From: Thermoplasmatota archaeon
GTDB taxonomy: Archaea; Thermoplasmatota; Penumbrarchaeia; Penumbrarchaeales; Penumbrarchaeaceae
Length of the DNA: 64,000 nucleotides
Reading direction: 5' to 3'
Assembly (NCBI GenBank): GCA_025457865.1
Contig: JALOTP010000001.1
Span: forward strand, 14,616-78,615
Positions 46,155-53,477 of the stretch are shown piece by piece (position 1 is the first letter of the stretch; each line of letters starts with the position of its first letter). Position numbers and translations under genes: made by a program. The notes under the pieces are model-generated. The model did not search any database. It worked only from the letters and a program-made list of their open reading frames with translations, and was not told the origin of the DNA.

Positions 46155-47741
46155 ATGGTCAAGGCCAGGAAGCTGGCAGCAAGGTCGCCGGTCCCTGAGA
46201 CGGGGAATCCCGATAGCGCAGCTGTCAATATGTTCCATCTGGAGGATGTGCCAGATACCTCGATGATCCCCTTCTCGCCTGATCCATTGCAGAGGGTGAT
46301 AGGGCAGGACGAAGCTGTCATGCTGGCCCTTATCGCCGCTAGACAGAGGAGGCATCTCCTCCTCGTGGGACCTCCCGGAACTGGCAAATCGATGATAGCC
46401 CAGGCCTTGGCCTATCATCTCCCACCGCCCCGGACCCAGGTCTATGTCGTTTCCAATCCCGAGTACCCGGAGAGACCGTTCGTCCAGGTCAGGACCAGGT
46501 CCGAGGTCGAGGAGGATGAGCTGAGGGAATCCAGGGCCAGGGAGGTCCTGATCTCCCCCGTGGAAGCCCCCGTTGACGTTGCGGAGAAGCTCGGTTACAG
46601 GTGCGCTCGATGCGGTACCTATTCGCCCGAGGACCAGACAATATGCCCTAACTGCGGCGGACCCAAGGCACAAGCATCCAACAAGGTGGCAAGGGTGGAT
46701 ATGTCCAATATGCTCCAGGGCATAGAGGACATTCTAAAGGTCACATTGAACCAGATAGGGGCCCAGAGGCCCAGGGTACAGACCACTAGACTTGTGAACG
46801 GTAAGGAGGAAGTGGTCGTTTATGAACCAGCAGGACCAAAGATAAGGGTCCTGGACCAGAAAGCCCTTGAGGCAAGGAGGGAGAAGGAGAGGTCATCTCC
46901 CAAAAAGGTCCTCCTGCCTCTGAAGAGGAATAACTTCATCATGGCCACCGGAGCCTCGGAAACGGAGCTCCTTGGCGATGTGAGACATGACCCGTACGGC
47001 GGGCACAAGGGTCTTGGGACCCCACCTTACGAGAGGGTGGTCCCGGGCGCCATACACGAGGCCCATGAGGGGGTGCTTTTCATAGACGAGCTCCCTCACC
47101 TCGGCCATCTCCAGAGGTTCATACTGACGGCCATGCAGGAAAGGCAGTTCCCCATTTCAGGGAGGAACCCGCAGAGCGCGGGAGCGAGCGTTAAGGTGGA
47201 CAATGTGCCCTGCGACCTTGTTTTCGTCGGGGCATGCAATATCCAGGACCTGCACCATATAATCTCACCCCTTAGGTCCAGGATAACAGGGAGCGGTTAC
47301 GAGGTCCTTGTGGCGACCGCAATGCCAGACGATGGCCGCGGGAGGTCCGACTTCATCAGGTTCATATCCCAGGAGGTCAGGCTCGATGGCAGGATACCGC
47401 ATGTTGACCGTGGTGGTATAAAGGTGCTTCTCAAGTTCGCAAGGAACAAGGCTTTGATCATGGACAAGAGGAAGAAGGCCCTCACGCTGAGGTTGAGGGA
47501 TATGGGCGGGGTCATAAGGGCCGCTGGCGATATCGCTGTGGCCGAGAGCGCAGACCTTATCGGGGCCAGACATGTTGAGCGGGCCATTAGGAGAGGCCGC
47601 TCGGCCGAGGAACAGGTCAAGGAAAGGTTCGGTCATTACTACGGAGGCCTGGCCGGGGAGATGTCGGAATCCCAGGAGAGGCAGTATTCACCTTACAACT
47701 ATTGGAACGAGAACCCGGACGATATCAAGGGTTACGAGTGA
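46155..47741 (+). CDS. LonB-type AAA+ ATPase lacking the protease domain, with Zn-ribbon insertion
   Basis: Walker A GPPGTGKS; 'LLGDVRHDPYGG'; Walker B VLFIDE; 'LTLRLRDMGG'; CxxC-x10-CxxC in place of the TM insert; no Ser-Lys protease domain; ends in KGYE. Confidence 0.85.
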   Translation: MVKARKLAARSPVPETGNPDSAAVNMFHLEDVPDTSMIPFSPDPLQRVIGQDEAVMLALIAARQRRHLLLVGPPGTGKSMIAQALAYHLPPPRTQVYVVSNPEYPERPFVQVRTRSEVEEDELRESRAREVLISPVEAPVDVAEKLGYRCARCGTYSPEDQTICPNCGGPKAQASNKVARVDMSNMLQGIEDILKVTLNQIGAQRPRVQTTRLVNGKEEVVVYEPAGPKIRVLDQKALEARREKERSSPKKVLLPLKRNNFIMATGASETELLGDVRHDPYGGHKGLGTPPYERVVPGAIHEAHEGVLFIDELPHLGHLQRFILTAMQERQFPISGRNPQSAGASVKVDNVPCDLVFVGACNIQDLHHIISPLRSRITGSGYEVLVATAMPDDGRGRSDFIRFISQEVRLDGRIPHVDRGGIKVLLKFARNKALIMDKRKKALTLRLRDMGGVIRAAGDIAVAESADLIGARHVERAIRRGRSAEEQVKERFGHYYGGLAGEMSESQERQYSPYNYWNENPDDIKGYE

Positions 47742-47766
47742 CGGACATAGGAAAGTAGGTGGTCCC

Positions 47767-49110
47767 ATGACGGGAGAAGAAAGCGTTGATAAGGTGAACG
47801 GTAGCGAGCGACCGGATGGTCCGGTGTCAGGCAATGAGGGGAATGAGGTGGTCAGCGGACCATCCACTGTTATGCCCCCGGCCGATGTACCGGTCGATGA
47901 TGGTTCAAGGACCAGATCGAACGAGGACCAGCCCGTTGGTGATGAACAGGCGGATGCACCGATCGAGGATTCATCCGCTGGTCCTGCGTTGGAAACAACC
48001 TCCGTCGTCCTCCCCCCCATAGATGATTATGGTTCGGACCTGGTCCTACCTCCGCAGGAGCTCTCTCTGCCCACAAGGGTGGATGTCATGGAACAGCTCA
48101 TTCAGAAGCACAGGTCCATGGTCGAAGCGTTCTCAAAGGAGAAAGAGGGCCAGGAGCAGGTCGGCCAGCTCCCCGAGGAAGAGAGCGACGAGGAGAAGGC
48201 AAGGAGGGATGAGGTTAACAAAGCGGTCCAGACCCTCAAGGCGGAACGCGGTTCCCTCCGCGTGAGGAACAAGGCCCTGAGCAAGGAGCTCTTCCAGCTA
48301 CTGGACAAGATGGACAGGCTGAAGGACCGGTCTAGTGAGATTTCTAGCCTTCAGAGGTATGTCTCCGACCTTGAATGGAAGATAGAGACAGAGGATATCA
48401 AGATAGAACAGGAGAGGAAACACCTTGACGAGATCAAGGCGACCATGAGGAAGCTGAGGGAGATCACGGACGGGTTCACACCCGATGAGATAATGCAGAG
48501 GACCTCGGATATCCAGGAGGAGATAGACCAGAACCTCCTACGGATGGAGGAGGCCCACAGGGCGATGCTGGAGAAGGTGGATGAGTCCAACCTCCACCAT
48601 GGAAAGTTCATGGACGCCCAGAAGAAGGCAAGGGAGGTCGAGGCCAGGAAACAATGGCTTACCCGAAGGGTGGAGCTCCACGCTGAGATGGGCAAGTTCT
48701 GGGAAGGACAGATCGATAATGCCAGGAAGCTGGATTCCGAGGAGACGGCAAGGCCCATAGGACCGCTCAGGGACCACCTCCTGTCAAGGATGGGCGAAAG
48801 GTCCGCAGAGAAGGGGCATGAAGGGGACCAGAGGTCCACCGAACAGCAGGCCCCCGGTACAACCGAGGCGGCGGCCAAGGGACAGAGCGATGAGCATGGT
48901 CCAAAGGGCCGGGTCCCTCGTGGCAGACCTCGTAAGAAGGTTGGTCCAGTTGAGACCGATAAAGTTTTTTCCGGGCCGCCGGAGGATACAACCCCAGCGA
49001 AGGAGACCGATCCGCCTGAGGGGGGTGCTGCCCCGGACAGGTCGACAGAACCGGCCCCCGCATTGGAGGAAGCTCCTCATTCTGAGGGCCAGACCGGAGG
49101 TGGGGCCTGA
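47767..49110 (+). CDS. Archaeal coiled-coil protein (COG1340-like) with disordered termini
   Basis: Central heptad-rich E/K/R region 'RRDEVNKAVQTLKAER...H.K..E...K'; SD AGGTGG before ATG 47767. Confidence 0.7.
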   Translation: MTGEESVDKVNGSERPDGPVSGNEGNEVVSGPSTVMPPADVPVDDGSRTRSNEDQPVGDEQADAPIEDSSAGPALETTSVVLPPIDDYGSDLVLPPQELSLPTRVDVMEQLIQKHRSMVEAFSKEKEGQEQVGQLPEEESDEEKARRDEVNKAVQTLKAERGSLRVRNKALSKELFQLLDKMDRLKDRSSEISSLQRYVSDLEWKIETEDIKIEQERKHLDEIKATMRKLREITDGFTPDEIMQRTSDIQEEIDQNLLRMEEAHRAMLEKVDESNLHHGKFMDAQKKAREVEARKQWLTRRVELHAEMGKFWEGQIDNARKLDSEETARPIGPLRDHLLSRMGERSAEKGHEGDQRSTEQQAPGTTEAAAKGQSDEHGPKGRVPRGRPRKKVGPVETDKVFSGPPEDTTPAKETDPPEGGAAPDRSTEPAPALEEAPHSEGQTGGGA

Positions 49111-50009
49111 TGCAGAACTTCGAGATAGCCCAGAAGATAAGGGAGATCAGGGAGAGGATCTCCGAGCTGAGAGAGGAGGAGGACATCCTCAACCTCAAGG
49201 TCCAGAACAAGATCAGGGAGGTCGAGGCCACAAGGGAGCGCAGGGACCAGCTCAACCTCCAGGTCAGGGAGCTCTCTTCAAAGCCCAGGGAGATCCTCGA
49301 AAAGCGCAAGGAGGCCTGGGATAACATCTCCGGCACCAATGATGAGAGGAGACGGATATTCCGGGATATGCAGCCCTATCTCCACAGGATAGGAGAGCTC
49401 AGGAAGATAAGGGACGCTTTCAATGCCGCCAGCAGGGGGACGATGGAGAGGCTTCTGGCGAACCTCTCATCCACCAGGCAGGACCTGCTCAGTTCGGACC
49501 TGTCGCTCAAGAACGAGCTCTACATGTTCGATCTGCTCTTCGAGCTCAGGGACAGGGTGCTTGTCAAGCTCGAAGCAGATAAGGTCCACAAAGAGATAGT
49601 TAGGGTCAAGGAGGTGGACCTTGCCAAATACAACCACTTCCTTGCCGAGATCGAGGGCCGCATAGGTGATATGAAGAACCTATCCCACGAGGGTCTCATG
49701 ACGGCCAAGGAGATATGGTCTAGGAGGGACGAGGTCAGAGAGCAGTCCCAGAAGGAGCATAGGGCCTTTCTCGACGGACAGAAGGAGATATCGCACCTCA
49801 GGAAGAAATGGTACGATAAGCGCAGGGAGATACAGGACCTCTACAGGGAGATAGACCAGTGGAACGCCGAGTTCAAGAAGTCCCCGACCGAGCGCAGGCA
49901 GTCCGATATGTCACGGAAGCAGGCGGAGGCCGTAGAGAAGTTCAAGAGGGGTGAGAAGCTCTCCCTAGAGGAGCTGTCCCTGGTGGTGGAATCAGGCCAG
50001 ATGAAATGA
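49110..50009 (+). CDS. Archaeal coiled-coil protein (COG1340-like)
   Basis: Entirely helical; C-terminal 'EKFKRGEKLSLEEL' motif; stop/start overlap with the upstream gene. Confidence 0.8.
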   Translation: MQNFEIAQKIREIRERISELREEEDILNLKVQNKIREVEATRERRDQLNLQVRELSSKPREILEKRKEAWDNISGTNDERRRIFRDMQPYLHRIGELRKIRDAFNAASRGTMERLLANLSSTRQDLLSSDLSLKNELYMFDLLFELRDRVLVKLEADKVHKEIVRVKEVDLAKYNHFLAEIEGRIGDMKNLSHEGLMTAKEIWSRRDEVREQSQKEHRAFLDGQKEISHLRKKWYDKRREIQDLYREIDQWNAEFKKSPTERRQSDMSRKQAEAVEKFKRGEKLSLEELSLVVESGQMK

Positions 50010-50065
50010 TCCATTGGATGCAGAGCTACCCTCCAATTTAAATCGGTCCTGCGGGATTACCCTTT

Positions 50066-50692
50066 ATGAGGGTCCTGTCCCTGTCAGAACCGAGTCTGGA
50101 AAGTACCATCGATGAGATAGCGAGGGCATTCAAAAGGCATGAACCCGTGATATTGCCGACGGAGACGCTGTACGGACTGGCCTGCCCCTATGATGACAAA
50201 GAATGCATAGCGCGGATCTTCAGTGTCAAGGGCAGACCCGAGGAGATGACCTTGCCCGTGACCGTGCCGAGAAAAGAACTGATAGGTTCGGTCGGTCACC
50301 TTCCCATGGTTCACAGTGGAATAATTGAAAGGTTCGTACCCGGTCCGCTGACCATAGTGATCAAGGCCAGATCGGACCTCCCGGATGGATTGGCCAGGAA
50401 CGGAACCATCGCCGTCAGGGTCCCGGACCATCCGCTCTACCGTCCCTTATGCGAAAGGGTCGGTCCGATGGTAATGACCAGCGCGAACTTGCATGGGATG
50501 GACCCAGTAAGGAACGCGGACGAAGCTCGAGCGCATTTCGGGGATTCTGTCGCGTTGATGGTGGAAGGCGAGACTGGGTCTGATACGATCCCATCGACCA
50601 TCATAGACCTTACGGGAAAAGAGGTCTTGGTCCTAAGGGAGGGAAGGATTAAGTCCATTGAGATTATGAGGGGTTCCGATGGAGGAAGCTGA
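50066..50692 (+). CDS. tsaC: L-threonylcarbamoyladenylate synthase (short TsaC/YrdC form)
   Basis: 'PTETLYGL', 'IFSVKGRP', 'PGPLT', 'TSAN', 'PSTIIDL'; no SUA5 C-terminal domain. Confidence 0.93.
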   Translation: MRVLSLSEPSLESTIDEIARAFKRHEPVILPTETLYGLACPYDDKECIARIFSVKGRPEEMTLPVTVPRKELIGSVGHLPMVHSGIIERFVPGPLTIVIKARSDLPDGLARNGTIAVRVPDHPLYRPLCERVGPMVMTSANLHGMDPVRNADEARAHFGDSVALMVEGETGSDTIPSTIIDLTGKEVLVLREGRIKSIEIMRGSDGGS

Positions 50693-51569
50693 GCTTAGGA
50701 ACTGGGTGACTGCGGGGGAGATCGCCTCCAAGGCCAGGGACCTAGGAGCTAGGATGGTGGAGGAAGATATCTCTTACCTTGAGGTGGCCGATGCCGTTGA
50801 GGACTTCATCGTCGAGAAGGGAGCGTTAGTGGGTTTTCCGGTCAATATTGCGGTGAACGATATCGCGGCCCACTACACACCGAGGCCAGATGAGAGGACG
50901 AAGTTCCGCTACGGTGACCTGGTGAAGATCGATGTCGGCGTCCATCTGGACGGTTGCATAGGCGATACGGCCAGAACGGTGGAGGTCGGCTCCGACACCT
51001 ACAGACAGCTCTCGCTAGCTTCCAAGAGGGCCCTTGAGTCCGCCCTGGAGCTCATCAGGGGCGGAATATCGCTCTCTTCCATTGGTTCGATCGTCGAGAG
51101 GACCATGAACTCCATGGGGTTCAGGCCCATAGTCAATCTGACCGGCCATTCCATAGAGAGGTACAACCTCCATGCCGGTATATCGGTTCCGAACTATGAT
51201 GATAGGGGGAGCGAGTTCCTACCATCCGGTACGATCCTGGCAATAGAACCATTCTCCACGACCGGAGTTGGCGAGGTAGTCTCTTACAAGAGATCGAACA
51301 TCTACCGCTTCGTGAGGCCCAGGTCCAAGCTGAAGGAAGAGCTGGAAAAGGTCTCAAGTATTGTGCAGGAGGGGTACCCCAAGCTCCCGTTCTCCGAGAG
51401 ATGGCTGGAGAAGAGACATCCTTCCTGCGAATCGGCCTTGAACGGACTGGTGAGGTCCGGGTCCGTCTATGCCTATCCCATCCTAAGGGAGACCTCCGGC
51501 GGCATGGTCGCCCAATGGGAGCATACTGTCCATGTTACGGATAAGGGGTGCAGGATACTCACAGCATGA
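50679..51569 (+). CDS. map: Methionine aminopeptidase type II
   Basis: 'FPVNIAVNDIAAHYTP', 'KIDVGVHLDGCIGDTA', 'NLTGH', 'AIEPF', 'QWEHT'. Confidence 0.97.
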   Translation: MEEAELRNWVTAGEIASKARDLGARMVEEDISYLEVADAVEDFIVEKGALVGFPVNIAVNDIAAHYTPRPDERTKFRYGDLVKIDVGVHLDGCIGDTARTVEVGSDTYRQLSLASKRALESALELIRGGISLSSIGSIVERTMNSMGFRPIVNLTGHSIERYNLHAGISVPNYDDRGSEFLPSGTILAIEPFSTTGVGEVVSYKRSNIYRFVRPRSKLKEELEKVSSIVQEGYPKLPFSERWLEKRHPSCESALNGLVRSGSVYAYPILRETSGGMVAQWEHTVHVTDKGCRILTA

Positions 51570-51579
51570 GGTGCTTGAT

Positions 51580-52725
51580 ATGGGTGCGACCAGGAGCGGT
51601 GCAAAAGCAAGGAAGGGCCTGACCTATGCCGGTTCGGGAGTGGATGTCTCTGCCGAGGGCAAAGCGATCAGGTCCCTGATAGATGCCCTTACCTTCCAAA
51701 GGAAGGGGACCGGCAGACCTGTGGACATAGGGGCGCATTTCACTGGACTTATAGACTTCGGCGACCGATACCTATCCCTCTGCACGGACGGGGTCGGTTC
51801 CAAGATGCTCATTGCAGAATCTTTAGGGAAGTGGGATACGGTCGGGATCGATTGTATGGCCATGAACGTCAACGATATGATATGCGTCGGGGCCGAACCA
51901 CTTGCATTCGTCGATTATCTTGCTGCCCATCAGCCTTCAGAAGAGGTCCTGTCGGAGATAGGCCGTGGTCTCAATGAAGGAGCAAGGAGGGCTAATCTAT
52001 CCATCATCGGTGGCGAAACGGCATCGCTCCCCGATATGGTCAAAGGGTACGACCTTGCAGGTACCTGCCTTGGTCATGTGAGGAAGGATGAGGTCATAAC
52101 TGGTGCGTCCATCAGAGAGGGCGATATCCTCATTGGCCTTCGTTCCAGCGGTCTGCATTCCAATGGTTTCTCCCTCGTGAGGAGGATAATTAAGGCCAAC
52201 CGCCTCGGGTACGATCTCACGCTCGAGGGGCTGGTGAATGGCAGCAGGTGGAAGAACCTGGAGGGCGGACCAGGGGACAAGGGATGCGTCGAAGCGTGGG
52301 CCAGCAAAGAGCCAGGTCTGACGATCGGCCAGGCTCTCCTTGAACCGACGAGGATCTATGTCAAGGAGGTCCTTACCATGCTTGGAAAGGTCAAGAAGGG
52401 CAGCGTCCACGGTCTTGCCCATATAACCGGTGGTGGCCTTAGGAACCTTGTCAGGCTCAAGAAGGGAGTGTCGTTCGTGATAGACAGGCCTATAGAGGTG
52501 CCCCCGATCTTCCATATGCTGCAGGTCCTGGGAGATGTCGATGAGGCTGAGATGTACAGCACGTTCAACATGGGCATGGGCTTCTGCCTGGTAGTCGATA
52601 AAAAGGTCTCGAAGGAGGTCAGAACGGCCTTGAAAGGCGCCGGTGCAATGGAGGTGGGGTACATATCCAAGGGGAGCGGTGTGCTTCTGAGGGGTGCCGG
52701 ATTGCATTTCGACGGTTATATCTGA
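51580..52725 (+). CDS. purM: Phosphoribosylformylglycinamidine cyclo-ligase (AIR synthetase)
   Basis: 'TYAGSGVD', 'TDGVGSK', 'GGETA', 'SSGLHSNGFSL', 'HITGGG', 'FNMGMG'. Confidence 0.97.
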   Translation: MGATRSGAKARKGLTYAGSGVDVSAEGKAIRSLIDALTFQRKGTGRPVDIGAHFTGLIDFGDRYLSLCTDGVGSKMLIAESLGKWDTVGIDCMAMNVNDMICVGAEPLAFVDYLAAHQPSEEVLSEIGRGLNEGARRANLSIIGGETASLPDMVKGYDLAGTCLGHVRKDEVITGASIREGDILIGLRSSGLHSNGFSLVRRIIKANRLGYDLTLEGLVNGSRWKNLEGGPGDKGCVEAWASKEPGLTIGQALLEPTRIYVKEVLTMLGKVKKGSVHGLAHITGGGLRNLVRLKKGVSFVIDRPIEVPPIFHMLQVLGDVDEAEMYSTFNMGMGFCLVVDKKVSKEVRTALKGAGAMEVGYISKGSGVLLRGAGLHFDGYI

Positions 52726-52761
52726 AAGAGGTTGGGAATGGATACGGACATAGGTAAAATT

Positions 52762-52825
52762 AAAAAAAAATGCACCAAACAAGGACCGTTCGCTTGAACC
52801 CTCCCTTCTGGTCTTGACCGCTTGC
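52762..52825 (-). ncRNA. Candidate small RNA (about 55-65 nt hairpin ending in a U9 tract)
   Basis: Minus-strand BRE/TATA (AAACC-TTAAAT, about 52848-52859), hairpin ACCAGAAGGGA/TCCTTGTTTGGT, then T9 at 52762-52770. Confidence 0.3.
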
Positions 52826-52952
52826 GACGAACATTGGTCAGAGGACCATTTAAGGTTTGCGAAACCGTGGGCTTCATCCAGCGATCGTGCCATCAGAACA
52901 ACGTCCAAAGGATGTTCTGAGCTTTCCTATTCTGAAAAAGGGCCTAACCATT

Positions 52953-52968
52953 AAAAACCATTATATAT
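52953..52968 (+). promoter_or_regulatory. BRE/TATA promoter for tRNA-Lys, probably also for the rpoH operon
   Basis: AAAAACCA-TTATATAT; no second TATA between the tRNA and rpoH. Confidence 0.65.
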
Positions 52969-53026
52969 GAAATCGAACATGCCGTGTCGGTCTTGACCGC
53001 ATCGGGTAGTGGGAATGGTAAGTTCT

Positions 53027-53143
53027 GGGTCCGTAGCTCAGCTAGGTAGGACGTTAGGCAGCACTTTAGCGGCCTTCTTCCCTAGATAGAGCGTCTGGCT
53101 TTTAACCAGATGGCCGGGGGTTCGAATCCCCCCGGACCCGCCA
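53027..53143 (+). tRNA. tRNA-Lys(UUU) with a 40-nt D-loop intron (53048-53087, position 20/21), CCA encoded
   Basis: GGGTCCG/CGGACCC+G+CCA; anticodon arm TCTGG-CTTTTAA-CCAGA; T-arm GGGGG-TTCGAAT-CCCCC; BHB with central CTAG/CTAG helix and GT^A, AT^A bulges. Confidence 0.92.
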
Positions 53144-53201
53144 ATCGTTCCTTACATCCCTTGATGCGACCCAGGATAGCACACCCGCAGGAGGTCGCCA
53201 C

Positions 53202-53459
53202 ATGCCGCGCTTCAACGTGATGGAGAACTACCTTGTACCCAAGCATACCATATTGACCAGCAAGGAACAGGAAAAGGTCCTTGCGGATTTCAATACAACT
53301 CCTTCGCAGCTACCCCAGATACCTCTCATAGACCCCTGCGCAAAGGCCATTGGGGCCAAGGCCGGGGACATAATAAAGATCGAACGCGAGAGCCCGACCG
53401 CAGGGACGAGCATCTACTACAGATTGGTCGTGGCAGAGTGGTCAACGGTCGATGAGTGA
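53202..53459 (+). CDS. rpoH: RNA polymerase subunit Rpo5 (H)
   Basis: 'LVPKHTIL', 'LPQI...DP', 'GDIIKIERESPTAG...YYRLV'. Confidence 0.97.
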   Translation: MPRFNVMENYLVPKHTILTSKEQEKVLADFNTTPSQLPQIPLIDPCAKAIGAKAGDIIKIERESPTAGTSIYYRLVVAEWSTVDE

Positions 53460-53477
53460 AGGGAAGGAGGGATAGTT

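Noticed and set aside
51997-52908. 303-aa minus-strand ORF
   Set aside because: Antisense shadow of purM with no motifs; typical of GC-rich codon bias.
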